Assembly: GCA_963727445.1 (NCBI GenBank)
Contig: CAVSGI010000020.1
Location: 448,001 to 512,000, forward strand
Reading direction: 5' to 3'
Length of the DNA stretch: 64,000 nt
Source of the DNA: an uncultured delta proteobacterium
GTDB lineage: Bacteria; Myxococcota_A; Polyangia; Polyangiales; B10-G4
Notes under the pieces: generated by a model
Told to the model about the DNA's origin: nothing
Database searches by the model: none
Seen by the model: the letters and a program-made list of their open reading frames with translations, nothing else
Shown here: in pieces, positions 20,130 through 30,225 of the stretch
Layout of the letters: every line of letters begins with the position of its first letter
Position numbering within the stretch: position 1 is the stretch's first letter
Translations under genes and position numbers: made by a program

Positions 20130-21455
20130 GTGAGCGGAAACCACCGGCGGGGGTGGATGGGTGGACTGGTCGTCCTCGTCGCCCTGGGCGCGAACCTCTC
20201 CGCCCGCGCCCAGGACGGAGAGGCGCTTCCTTCTGGGACGGCGAGCACGAACGAGGCGCCTCCGCCCGCCCACACCTCTTCCGAGAGCGAATGGCCGACC
20301 AAGCTCGGACCCCTCGAGATCCGGGGCGATGTCGGCCACCTCCGCTTCGGCCTCGCCACCCAGTTTCGCGTCGGACTCGAGTCGCGGGAGGGCGCCATGG
20401 GCCGCGCGGACGAGGTGAGCGTCTCGGTCCGCCGCCTCAGAACCACGCTCCGCGGCGGCTTCTTCGACGATCGCCTCACCTACGCCTTTCAGCTCAACGT
20501 GGTGCCCGGGGCCTTCGAGCTGATCGATGCCTGGCTGGACGGCGAGATCGTCGAGGGCCTGCACCTGCGCGTCGGTCAGATGAAGGTGCCCTTCACGCGC
20601 TACCGGCTCCAATCCTTCACCCGGCTCCTTCTCGCGGACTGGGCCGAGTCCACCCGCTACTTGGGCGGGGAGCGCCAGCTCGGCCTCCTCGTCAGCGGCG
20701 ACCCCGCGCATGCTTCGCTCTATTACTCCGTCGGCGTCTTCACCGGGCAGAACCGTCGTGCGGGCCACGGGGTCGGCCAGCCGATCCTCTATGGCGAGCC
20801 GGTGCTGAACCCGAGCGACGCCGGCGATGGCTTCGGCGGCGTGAACAGCGTCCATCCCGAAGTGGTGGGGCTCCTCAGTCACGGCTCCGAGGGGATGGAC
20901 ACGAACCACCTGACGGACGAAACCCGCGGGCCCTTGCGTTACCTCCTCACCTTCAGCGCGGCCGTCGACCTCGATCCCATCGTGGCTCTCGACCATCTCG
21001 CCCGCTTCGCCCCGGAGGCGTGGTTGAAGATCGGGGGGCTGACGCTGGTCGGGGTCGGCTATCTCGGTCTCTCCCTCGCGAGCGTGGACCAGCGGGTCCT
21101 CGTCTCGACCTACGGATTCGATCTGGAGGCGGCCTACCGTTTCGACCGGACCTTCGAGATCGCCGCGCGGGACGCCTGGACCCGCGTCGGCGGCGATCTT
21201 TCGGCCGATGCACGGAGCCGCGCCGACGGCCTCATCGCGATGGCGGCCGACCCGATGGAGATGGCCACCCTCACCGCGCAGTACCAGAACGTGGGACTGC
21301 TCGTGGCGTCGAACGAGCTCACCTTCGGCCTGAACGTCTACCTGATCGGCGACAGCCTGAAGTGGCAGACCGATGGGACCTGGTACCACCGGACCCGTCG
21401 GGACGGCGACCGGGAGGACTTTCGCGCGCGGACGCAGATCCAGCTGGCCTTCTGA
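20130..21455 (+). CDS. Outer-membrane porin (OprO/OprP-like)
   Basis: Signal peptide, RRLR..LIDAW..LRVGQMKVPF, amphipathic strands, terminal QIQLAF; start 20130 or 20157. Confidence 0.75.
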   Translation: MSGNHRRGWMGGLVVLVALGANLSARAQDGEALPSGTASTNEAPPPAHTSSESEWPTKLGPLEIRGDVGHLRFGLATQFRVGLESREGAMGRADEVSVSVRRLRTTLRGGFFDDRLTYAFQLNVVPGAFELIDAWLDGEIVEGLHLRVGQMKVPFTRYRLQSFTRLLLADWAESTRYLGGERQLGLLVSGDPAHASLYYSVGVFTGQNRRAGHGVGQPILYGEPVLNPSDAGDGFGGVNSVHPEVVGLLSHGSEGMDTNHLTDETRGPLRYLLTFSAAVDLDPIVALDHLARFAPEAWLKIGGLTLVGVGYLGLSLASVDQRVLVSTYGFDLEAAYRFDRTFEIAARDAWTRVGGDLSADARSRADGLIAMAADPMEMATLTAQYQNVGLLVASNELTFGLNVYLIGDSLKWQTDGTWYHRTRRDGDREDFRARTQIQLAF

Positions 21456-21462
21456 TCGGGGC

Positions 21463-22480
21463 TCAGCTCTCGGGCGCGAGATCGGTGAAGGCGTGCCGGC
21501 CGAGCCAGTGGCGGAAGTCGCGCGGCACGCGCCCGCGGGCGCGGGTGATCCGGAGGCCGTCGTCGATCATCTCGACGTCGAGCGCGAAATTGGTGGTCAC
21601 TCGGGAGCGGCTCCGGGTCCAGTCGGGGTCGAGGTAGCGGGTGGTCACGTCGCGGCGGCGCGTCGGGATCGCCTGGGTGCAGAAGGAGGGCTCGCAGACC
21701 ACGAGCTGCTCCTCTTTCACGTCGTAGCCCTCGGGCTCGGTGCAGGAGTGGCCGCCGGCGGTGATCGCCACCTCCACCAAGTGGCGCCCGCCCTCCATTG
21801 CCTCGAAGCGGGTCACCTCGATCTCCTCGTCCCAGTTCACCCCATCCGAGATCTGCGTCGTCACCAACACCTCGACGGGCTCCGCCGCCGGGCGGCGGAC
21901 GAGGAGGAGCTGGCCGAGGAAGAACTCCTGCGTGAAGACAAGGGAGGCGTCCTCGTCTTGCGCGAGGACCTCGCAGACGAAGGGCCCGGGCCCGTTCTGC
22001 GCCAGCCACGTGGCGCAGATCGCCCGAATCGTCGGTGCCGGCGGGGAAGGTGGCGTGACCCGCGTCGAAGGTGATGCCCGGGATGGGGGAGGGGGCGGAG
22101 TCGGCGTCGGGGGCCGGGGCGGTGTCGGCCGCGGCGACGGTGTCGGTGCCGGGGGCGGTATCGGCGACGGCGACCGAGTCGGCGACGGCCACGGAGTCGG
22201 CGACGGCGACGGAGTCGGTCGCGGCGACGGAGTCAGCGACGGCGACGGAGTCGGTCGCGGCGACGGAGTCGGAGTCGGACGCGACCTTGGCGACGGTCGC
22301 CGCTGCCGTGCCGGCTTCGGTCGCGGTCATCGCTGCCTCGCCATCCTCGCGACCGTCCCGGCCGCCGTCCTCGACCCGCGCGTCCTCGGCCCCGCCATCA
22401 TCGAAGGTCGCGTCGAGGGTGAGCCCCGCGGGGACGGTGCAGGCGCCGAGGGTCAGAAGGAGGATCACGAGTCGCTTCAT
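21463..22480 (-). CDS. Hypothetical lipoprotein with DSVAVA repeats; +1 frameshift near 22028
   Basis: MKRLVILLLTLGAC. Removing one base at GAATC 22026-22030 joins ..PAGTDD to RAICATWLAQNG..LAPES* (ORF 21463..21870) with normal GC3 usage. Confidence 0.7.
22163..22270 (-). repeat. Six tandem 18-bp coding repeats (DSVAVA/DSVAAT)
   Basis: Units like GGCGACGGCGACGGAGTC / GGTCGCGGCGACGGAGTC. Confidence 0.9.
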
Positions 22481-22577
22481 GCCCCGGACAAGAGCAGCGG
22501 TCGTGCCAGGACCGAATCCCTTGGGATTCTGGTGATTCGCGCCTCTGCGACCGTGGCCCCCGAGCCGCGAAAGCGCG

Positions 22578-24071
22578 TCAATCCGTGACCAGGACGTGGC
22601 TCGCGCGGAAGGTGTCGTGCTCGGTGGTCACCCCCAGCCAGCCCTCGGGCACCCGCGGCCACAGGGCGTCGAAGACCCGGTGGGCGTCGCGCGGGGACAG
22701 GTTCACGCAGCCGTGGCTCCGCGTCAGTCCGAAGCGGTCGTGCCAGAAGGCGCCGTGCAGGGCCAGGGAGCCGGAGAAGTACTGAGTCCACGGCACATCC
22801 TCGATGCTGTACTGCGCATCGTTGCCGTCGCCGATGTTCGCCATGGTGTCGGCGATGTACTTGCGGCGGATCTGGAAGAGCCCGGTCTCGGTCTCGAAGC
22901 CCGGTTGCCCCGAGGAGACGAGGGTCGCGAAGACCGGCCGATCGCCCTCGTAGAGCACCAGCGTCTGCTGGCCGAGATCCACGTGGACCCAGGGCTCCTC
23001 TTCGCCGACGCCGGCGGGGCGCTCGGTCGACTCCGCCACCGCGAGAAACCAATCGCGGACGTAGCGATCCCGGCCGAGGCGATGCATCACCTCGCCGCCC
23101 TCGTTGATCCGTTCTTCCCAGTCCTCGACGACCTCGTGGCGCTCGAGCGGGGGCGACTCGAGGTCGCGCACGAAGACCACCTCGCCGTCGTAGCGCTCCC
23201 GCCGCTCGCGCAGCTCGGTCTCGCGCACCACCCAGGCGATGGGCAGGCTGTGCTCTTCGTCGAGCTCGATCCCCGCGAACTCCGAACCGGTGCGAGGCAG
23301 AAGCTGCGCCTCCCGCAGATAGCGTCCGCGCACGGTGCGGACGAAGCGGCGCGAGGCGCGCGTCTCGACGCCGAGGCCCGCCACGAAGAAGCCGCGCTCG
23401 AGGAAACGGTAGACGGCCGCCGGCTTCTGCGGCTCGTTCGGGAGCTCGCCGGCGAGGACGCGCGCAGCGAGACGATCCTGCTCGTGGCGCCGCAGCTCGA
23501 GGACGCGCTCGCTGAGCTCGGCGGCGGCGCGCTGCGCTTCGCGCGAAGGTGCCTGGTGAAACTCCGGAACCAGTTCGTCCTTGACGAAGTAGTAGTCGTA
23601 GGGGAGGGCGACGTCGCGGGCGGGTGGCGCGGCGGCGAGATCGCCCTCGGGGGGCGTTTCGCCGATCTCGATCCCCTGCCCCGCGCAGGCGAAGCCCTGG
23701 GGGTAGAGCTCGTACCAGCCGCTGTTGCAGGTCGAGGTGCGCGTCGACTCGCGCCTCACCCGGATGCGATTGCCGATGCGTAGCCAGCCGACGGGATCCG
23801 CTTCCGGGTCGGCGGCGTGGCGAACCGGGAGCTGCAGCCCCGTCACCAGTCCGTGCAGGGGGTAGTCGCGATCGAGCATCGCTTCGTGTGCATCACGCTC
23901 GGCGCCCTCTTCGGGGACGAGCGCGTCCGTTCCATCCGCGGCGCCTTCTTCACTCGCCCCGCCACCAAGGTTGGTGACGCCCTCCGGCTCCTGGCGATCG
24001 CTCTCGGACGCAGCGTCGTCGCCACACGCGCCAAAAAGAACGAGGAGGAGGATCGTTGAGATTTTCCTCAC
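22578..24071 (-). CDS. L,D-transpeptidase (YkuD) lipoprotein
   Basis: Lipobox FGAC; VDLGQQTL..VSSG..ALHGAFWH..SHGCVNLSP. Confidence 0.92.
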   Translation of the reverse strand: MRKISTILLLVLFGACGDDAASESDRQEPEGVTNLGGGASEEGAADGTDALVPEEGAERDAHEAMLDRDYPLHGLVTGLQLPVRHAADPEADPVGWLRIGNRIRVRRESTRTSTCNSGWYELYPQGFACAGQGIEIGETPPEGDLAAAPPARDVALPYDYYFVKDELVPEFHQAPSREAQRAAAELSERVLELRRHEQDRLAARVLAGELPNEPQKPAAVYRFLERGFFVAGLGVETRASRRFVRTVRGRYLREAQLLPRTGSEFAGIELDEEHSLPIAWVVRETELRERRERYDGEVVFVRDLESPPLERHEVVEDWEERINEGGEVMHRLGRDRYVRDWFLAVAESTERPAGVGEEEPWVHVDLGQQTLVLYEGDRPVFATLVSSGQPGFETETGLFQIRRKYIADTMANIGDGNDAQYSIEDVPWTQYFSGSLALHGAFWHDRFGLTRSHGCVNLSPRDAHRVFDALWPRVPEGWLGVTTEHDTFRASHVLVTD

Positions 24072-24190
24072 GATGGCCGTCTATTAGCCCGCATCCACCG
24101 AGACGGCCACCTCCGGAGGGGTGGCACAACTTCGTAACAAACCGGCCATGCTGCTTTCTCTCCAATTGGTGGGGTGATAAGTGACGGGCC

Positions 24191-25696
24191 GTGGAGCCGG
24201 CTCCCGAGGTCCAGACCGGAGACACCGTCGCGTCGGTGGACCTCGGCTCGAACAGCTTTCACATGCTGGTCGCCCGGGTGGTCGGCGACGAGATCCACGT
24301 GGTCGATCGCCTTCGCTCTCGCGTCGGACTCGCCGAGGGGCTCGGCCCCGACAAGCGGCTGAGCCCGGCGGTGCAGGCGCGCGCGCTCGAGGCGCTCTCC
24401 ATCTTTGGCCAGCGCTTGCTCCACATGCCGCCGGGGAGCGTGCGTGCGGTGGGCACCAACACCCTGCGCCAGGCGAAGGACGGGCGCGCGTTCCTCGACG
24501 AGGCCGAAGCCGTGCTGGGCCATCCGATCGAGGTGGTCAGCGGACGCGAGGAAGCGCGACTCGTGTACCTGGGCGTCGCCCACAGCGTCGAAGACGATGG
24601 GCGACGGCGCTTGGTCGTCGACATCGGCGGCGGGAGCACCGAGGTGATCATCGGCGAAGCCTTCGAGCCCCTCGAAGCCGACTCTCTCTACATGGGATGC
24701 GTGACCTTCGCCCGCTTCTTTCCGAAGGGCCGCATCACGGCTCGCAACATGGACGAAGCGATCGTGTCGGCGATGCTCGAGCTCACGCCGATCGAGCGGC
24801 GCTACGACGCGCTCGGCTGGTCGCAGGTGGTGGGCTCGAGCGGCACCATCACCAGCGTCGAGGCCATCCTGCGCGCGAACGGGTGGGCCCAGAACGGCAT
24901 CACGGAGAAGGGCCTCAAGCGACTGCGCAAGGCGTTGATCGCCGCTGGCTCGGTGGACGCGATCGACCTGGCGGGCATGCCCGCGGACCGTGCGCCGGTA
25001 CTGCCCTCGGGGGTCGCGATCCTGAGTGCCCTCTTCTCGCGTCTGCACATCGAACGGATGGAAGCGTCCGAGGGCGCGCTGAAGGAAGGCCTGGTCTACG
25101 ATCTGCTCGGCCGCATCCGCAAAGAGGACGTGCGCGATCAGACGATCCGCTCGTACAGCGAGCGCTATCACGTCGATCAGGAGCAGGCGCGTCGCGTCGC
25201 CGTCACCGCCCGGCAGCTCCTCGAGCAGGTGGCGCACAACTGGGACCTGCCCATGCCCGATGCCGAGCGCCTCCTCGACTGGTCGGCGCGGTTGCACGAG
25301 GTCGGCAAGGCCATCAGCTACAGCGGCTATCACAAGCACGGCGGCTACATCGTGGCGAACTCCGAGATGCCCGGCTTTTCACGGAGCGACCAAGCGGTGC
25401 TCGCGGCTCTCGTCGCCGGCCACCGCGGGCGCATCCGGCCTGCGCGCTTCGAGGACCTGCCGGTCGAGCGCGGAGAGCGGGCGCTGCGCCTCGGGTTCAT
25501 CCTGCGGATGGCGGTGCTGCTGAACCGGAGCCGCACCCGGCGGGCGGTGCCCAAGCTGCGCTTCCGCGCCCGCAAGCGGGCCATCCATCTCGGCTTCCCC
25601 GAGAAGTGGCTGGAGGACAACCCGCTGACGCGCGCCGATCTCGAGAACGAGGCCCTTCGCCTCAAGAAGGTCGGCTACTCGCTCACCATCGAGTGA
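24191..25696 (+). CDS. ppx: Exopolyphosphatase Ppx/GppA
   Basis: DLGSNSFH, VGTNTLR, SGREEARL, DIGGGSTE, GALKEG, LHEVG..YHKHG. Confidence 0.95.
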   Translation: MEPAPEVQTGDTVASVDLGSNSFHMLVARVVGDEIHVVDRLRSRVGLAEGLGPDKRLSPAVQARALEALSIFGQRLLHMPPGSVRAVGTNTLRQAKDGRAFLDEAEAVLGHPIEVVSGREEARLVYLGVAHSVEDDGRRRLVVDIGGGSTEVIIGEAFEPLEADSLYMGCVTFARFFPKGRITARNMDEAIVSAMLELTPIERRYDALGWSQVVGSSGTITSVEAILRANGWAQNGITEKGLKRLRKALIAAGSVDAIDLAGMPADRAPVLPSGVAILSALFSRLHIERMEASEGALKEGLVYDLLGRIRKEDVRDQTIRSYSERYHVDQEQARRVAVTARQLLEQVAHNWDLPMPDAERLLDWSARLHEVGKAISYSGYHKHGGYIVANSEMPGFSRSDQAVLAALVAGHRGRIRPARFEDLPVERGERALRLGFILRMAVLLNRSRTRRAVPKLRFRARKRAIHLGFPEKWLEDNPLTRADLENEALRLKKVGYSLTIE

Positions 25697-25699
25697 TCG

Positions 25700-26584
25700 T
25701 CACTCGGGCCGCGCTTCAGCGATGTTCGCGCGCCCGGCGAAGGTGAGCTTCGCCTCGTTCTGGCCGCGGGCCTCGGGAGCGAAGCTGATCGATCGGATCG
25801 CTCGCTGAATGCAAGTGAAAGCGCGATCGTCCTCGACGGTGGAGTTGATCAGGCGCGTGCGCGCGGCGCCCCGCCGCGGCACGGCCAGGACGAAGCGGAT
25901 GTCGCCGGCGGGATCCATGTCGCGGCGGCCAGCGCGGCGGCGGCAGTCGAGCAGACCCGCGATCCCGCTCCGAAGCCCGCGATAGACGGCGGCGACGCGC
26001 CCCTCGCTGTCGCTGCTGACGCGATAGCGCACCTCGTCGGTCCCACCGACGGCGAAGTAGCGGCCGTCGCTTCCGCGCTGCACGTCGACCTCCGCCTCCT
26101 GCGCGCTCCGCTGGCGGGTCTGATCGATCCCCTCGGCGGCGGTATTGGTGAAGGTGAGGTTCACCTTCACGTTGGCGGGCCGCGCGACGTCTCCGTAGTT
26201 CGCTCGGCTCAAGAGGCGTTGCACGCAGCGCGTGAGCTGCCGGTCTTCGGCGGTGTTCCGCTCGAAGCGGAGCTCGGGCCGGCCGTTGCCGCGCGCCAGA
26301 AGCACCCGGACACTCATCTCTCCCTGGACCGTCGGGCGCTCCTCGGTCACCGATCCGTAGCACTGGCGGATGTTGCCGAGCGTCGAGGTGATCGCCGCCA
26401 CCATGTCCTGGAGCTTGTTGCCGCTCGTCCCAGGGCCACTCTCGACCCCCATGCGGACGTCGGAGCGCGCCGTGACGTGCGCTTCGCCCTGACCCATGGG
26501 CTCCTGCGCGCTCGCGCTGGTGGAAGCGGAGAGGATGACCAGCACCCCCGTGAGAAAACCTGGTCGAAACATGGCTCGAAGCAT
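25700..26584 (-). CDS. Secreted protein with two AgmX/PglI (TonB-C-like) domains
   Basis: Signal peptide; IRQCY..VQGEM..LTRCV and LLDC..GDIRF..AFTCIQRAI paired-Cys modules. Confidence 0.6.
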   Translation of the reverse strand: MLRAMFRPGFLTGVLVILSASTSASAQEPMGQGEAHVTARSDVRMGVESGPGTSGNKLQDMVAAITSTLGNIRQCYGSVTEERPTVQGEMSVRVLLARGNGRPELRFERNTAEDRQLTRCVQRLLSRANYGDVARPANVKVNLTFTNTAAEGIDQTRQRSAQEAEVDVQRGSDGRYFAVGGTDEVRYRVSSDSEGRVAAVYRGLRSGIAGLLDCRRRAGRRDMDPAGDIRFVLAVPRRGAARTRLINSTVEDDRAFTCIQRAIRSISFAPEARGQNEAKLTFAGRANIAEARPE

Positions 26585-26675
26585 GACTGAAAGCGCCTCT
26601 CTGAGATACCCCGTGAGCTGTCGCTCGCTTCGAGGGTTGTACGAAAGCCGGCGTCGTCCTATTCACCCACTGGCG

Positions 26676-27221
26676 ATGGTCGGGACTCGCAGCGTTTTCT
26701 TCGGCGTGGTGGCGACTTGCCTCGTTTCGACGCTCGCCGGCTGTGGGGGCGGGGTCGCGGGCGCGCTCGAGACCGCCCACACCGAAGGCAGCCCCCCCGC
26801 CGGGCTCCGGGTGATCTACGACGACTACCGCGAGGACCAGGGGGGCGATCGCATCGAGCTCCGAGGCGACGGTCACCTCCGTGGGGATCGCTGGCGGCCG
26901 GGCGAGGGCCAGCGCGAGGGACGCTACTGGGAAGGCCAGGTGCCCGAGCGAACCGTGAAGGCGCTGGTCGATCTGCTGGTCGACATTCACGGCTGGGAAC
27001 AGAAGGCCGAGGAAGAGCCCAGCCGTCTGGAGGATCGTCGCGCGACCCTCACCATCGAGATCGGCGGCGAACGTTCCACCATCTGGGAGTACGTGAGCGA
27101 CCTGGAGTCGCGAAACCGCATCCACCGCGTGAAGAGTCACCTCGAAGCGCTCTCCTTCGAGGTGCGGCATCCGATGGCGGACGGCGCGAGCGGCGCGTTC
27201 GGCGGCGACAGTGAGGACTGA
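26676..27221 (+). CDS. Hypothetical lipoprotein
   Basis: MVGTRSVFFGVVATCLVSTLAGC lipobox; overlaps the MATE start. Confidence 0.7.
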   Translation: MVGTRSVFFGVVATCLVSTLAGCGGGVAGALETAHTEGSPPAGLRVIYDDYREDQGGDRIELRGDGHLRGDRWRPGEGQREGRYWEGQVPERTVKALVDLLVDIHGWEQKAEEEPSRLEDRRATLTIEIGGERSTIWEYVSDLESRNRIHRVKSHLEALSFEVRHPMADGASGAFGGDSED

Positions 27222-28680
27222 TTCCGTCGCACCAGCCACAAGCGCGACCGACCCGGTGATCGAGGCGGTGGCGATCGCCTCGCCTGGCGAGCGACGCAAA
27301 CGCATCCTGAAGCTCGCGCTCCCGATCATCGGCGGCATGGCGTCGCAGAACATCCTCAACCTCGTCGACACCGCCATGGTCGGCGTGATCGGCGACTCGG
27401 CGCTGGCGGCGGTGGGCCTCGCGTCGATGGTGAACTTCCTGGTCACGGCGTTCATCCTCGGCCTGGGCGCCGGCGTGCAGGCGATGGCCGCCCGCAGAGT
27501 GGGACAGGGTCTCGTCGACCAGACCGCCGTGCCCCTCAACGGCGGCCTGACGGTCGCCGTGAGCGCGGCGATCCCGTGGTCCATCGCCATCTGGTTCCTC
27601 GCGCCGCTCTTCTTCCCCTACCTCATCGACGACTCGGCCGTGGTGGCCCAGGGCAGCGATTATCTGCGGATGCGGCTCATCGCGATGACCGCGATGGGCA
27701 TGAACTTCTGCTTCCGCGGGTTCTGGAACGCGACCGATCGATCGCATCTGTACATGAGCACGCTGATCGTGATGCACGTCACGAACATCCTGCTCAACAG
27801 CCTCTTCATCTACGGAACGGGCCCCTACCCGGTGCCGACCTTCTTCGGGATGGAGATCGACCTCTTCTCGCCGTGGTGCCTGCCCATCGCCGAAGCCTTC
27901 GACATTCCGCGCATGGGCGCCTCGGGCGCCGGGCTCGCGTCGGCCTGCGCGACCTGGGTCGGCACGGCGACCTATTTCATGCTCGGGCTCAAGCACGCGC
28001 GCCCCGGCGGGTTCCTCCGCGGTCTTCCGGACGCGGAGACCTTGCGCGGCATGCTCCGCCTCTCGGTGCCGAACGGCGTGCAGACGATCTTCTACTCCTC
28101 GGGGATGGTCGCCTTTCACGTGCTCACCGGCATGGTCGGCACGCGCGAGCTCGCCGCCTCGAACGTGATCGTGAACCTGCTGCTCGTGGGCATGCTGCCG
28201 GGGCTCGGGTTCGGACTCGCGGGGATGAGCCTGGTGGGGCAGGCGCTCGGGCGAAAGGACCCCGAGGACGCGCGCCGTTGGGGCTACGAGGTGGCGCGGA
28301 TCGCGATGGCGGTCGTGTTCGTGATCGGCTTGCCGGGCGTGTTGGTGCCCGACGCAATTCTGCGCGTCTTCCTGCATGACGCCGCGACCCTCGAGGTCGC
28401 CGCGACCCCCTTGCGCCTCGTGTCCGGCTTCTTGTGCATCGACGCCGCCGGCATGGTCTTCATGAACTGTCTCCTCGGCGCCGGAGCCAACCGCCGGGTG
28501 ATGCTGGTCGCGGTGACCCTGCAGTGGCTCCTCTTCCTGCCGATGGTCGCGGTCGTGGGACCGATCCTGATGTGGGGTCTCATCGCCATCTACGCGGCCA
28601 ACGCCGTGTACCGAATCATCCAGGCGGGTGTGTTCTGGAGCTTCTGGCGCGGCGATTCCTGGACGGGAATCGAAGTCTGA
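27211..28680 (+). CDS. MATE family efflux transporter
   Basis: LALPII..VDTAMVG..LAAVG; about 12 TM segments; VGQALG. Confidence 0.95.
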   Translation: MRTDSVAPATSATDPVIEAVAIASPGERRKRILKLALPIIGGMASQNILNLVDTAMVGVIGDSALAAVGLASMVNFLVTAFILGLGAGVQAMAARRVGQGLVDQTAVPLNGGLTVAVSAAIPWSIAIWFLAPLFFPYLIDDSAVVAQGSDYLRMRLIAMTAMGMNFCFRGFWNATDRSHLYMSTLIVMHVTNILLNSLFIYGTGPYPVPTFFGMEIDLFSPWCLPIAEAFDIPRMGASGAGLASACATWVGTATYFMLGLKHARPGGFLRGLPDAETLRGMLRLSVPNGVQTIFYSSGMVAFHVLTGMVGTRELAASNVIVNLLLVGMLPGLGFGLAGMSLVGQALGRKDPEDARRWGYEVARIAMAVVFVIGLPGVLVPDAILRVFLHDAATLEVAATPLRLVSGFLCIDAAGMVFMNCLLGAGANRRVMLVAVTLQWLLFLPMVAVVGPILMWGLIAIYAANAVYRIIQAGVFWSFWRGDSWTGIEV

Positions 28681-28686
28681 AGCGTC

Positions 28687-29455
28687 TCAGAGCGCGACGT
28701 CGACCGCGACCTCCTCGTCGCCCACGTGGAGCGTGCCCCCGATCCGCGTGGCGTCCGCGTGCACGCGTCCCAACCAGTAGCCGGGCAGCATCTCGACCGT
28801 CTCGACGCCCTCACTCGCGAGGTGAACCGGCGCGGAGGCTTCGGTGTAGACCGCGAGCCGGCGCTCACCCTCGTCCTCGAAGAGGACGAGCTCGGCCGCG
28901 GGCGCGTCGAAGGTGTGAAGGAGCCGCCCTTCGTCCGGGCGTTCCATGGCCACCGCGCTCGCCGCGGCGACACGCAGCGGCGAGGCCGCGGCCTGCTCCG
29001 CCATGCGCAGCACCGAAAGACGCCGCGTGCATTCACGACAGCGTGTGAGGTGAAGCGCGGCGCTCGCCAGGGAGAAGCCGTCGAGCTCGCCCCGCGTCGC
29101 AGCGCCGAGGCGTCCATCGGGAGGATGAAGTGGATTCGGAGGGTCCGGTCAGCGCCTCCACGTCGGCGCCGTCGAGGGCCGCGAGCCCCGCCTTGGCGAG
29201 CGCCGCCGCCCAGGCGAGGTCCTCGGCTTCCTCTTCGTCGCCCGAGCCAGGCCCGGCGCTCAGGATCGTCCGGCGGCCCTTTCGGATCAGGCCCTTCCGT
29301 TCACTCACGGGGACCTCCGACAGCCCGGTGAAGACGGCGAGGCCGGCGGCGTGGGCGAGGGCCTCGAGGACCAGCTCGGGGGTGGCGTCGCCGCGGGTGG
29401 CCCGGGCGTGAAGCCGGTGGAATTGCTCCGCCAATCGGGGGAAGGGTGTGCTCAT
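28687..29455 (-). CDS. Putative soluble ZAS (zf-HC2) anti-sigma factor, ~255 aa; +1 frameshift near 29135
   Basis: Repair joins ORF 29033..29455 to ORF 28687..29013 and reveals HPPDGRLGAATRGELDGFSLASAALHLTRCREC (H-x24-HxxxCxxC) followed by LRVAAAS; ATGA overlap with the sigma gene. Confidence 0.7.
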
Positions 29456-30225
29456 TTCTTCGTTCTCCCTTCCTTGGACGGTCCCCGGCTGCCCCGACTG
29501 ACAGCGCGCCGGCTGGGGCGGGGCTTGCCCGCATCCGCCCGTCGCGCGCCCTTCAGGAGCTGCGTGAGCACGCTCGCCACCGGGTGATCCCAGCCCTCCA
29601 TCGCCGGCAGGATCACCCGCTCACGGCCGCGCTCGATCCACTTGTAGATGGCGGCCTTGGTCGGCGGTGGCTGGACGCCCAGCGCCAGGACTATCTCGTC
29701 GTAGCCCTGGCCGCGCACGTTCGCGAGGAGCGCCACCTGTGCGCGGCGAAGATCGCCTTGTCGTTTGACCGGGCTCTTCACGTTGTCGGCGATCCACGAC
29801 GCGCAGCGCTCGAGCACCGCGGCGAGGGCTGCCTCGAGAGCCGCCTCCTCGTCCACCTCCGGCGCTTCTTCGGCGGGCGCCGCGGGACCGACGCGATCCA
29901 CCCATTCGGCATCGGCATCCTTCGGCGTGGTGTCGAGGGCGCGATCCATCATGCGGCCGCTCTTCGTTCGGTGGTGATCGATCCTCGCCGTCTTGTGAAC
30001 CTTGCGCAGCCAGGCCTCGGCGCGCCCGGCCGTGTTCGCATCCATTCGCGAAACGGCCCCGAGCACCTTGAGCAGCGTTCGCTGCCGCACGTCGTCGTGC
30101 TCGCGCGGCGGGAGGCGATAGCGCCGGTCGATGTGCTCCGACAGGGCACGCCACGCCCACGAGAGCGCGGGCGCCGCCGGGTCCTCGGCGTCCTTGAGCG
30201 CCGTGAGTGTGTCGAGGAGCGCCAT
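29452..30225 (-). CDS. Divergent ECF-type sigma-70 factor
   Basis: Region 2-like DDVRQRTLLKV..EAWLRKVHKTARIDHHR; region 4-like GQGYDEIVLALG..AIYKWIERGRERV; basic C-terminal tail; ATG overlaps the prsW TGA. Confidence 0.72.
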   Translation of the reverse strand: MALLDTLTALKDAEDPAAPALSWAWRALSEHIDRRYRLPPREHDDVRQRTLLKVLGAVSRMDANTAGRAEAWLRKVHKTARIDHHRTKSGRMMDRALDTTPKDADAEWVDRVGPAAPAEEAPEVDEEAALEAALAAVLERCASWIADNVKSPVKRQGDLRRAQVALLANVRGQGYDEIVLALGVQPPPTKAAIYKWIERGRERVILPAMEGWDHPVASVLTQLLKGARRADAGKPRPSRRAVSRGSRGPSKEGRTKK

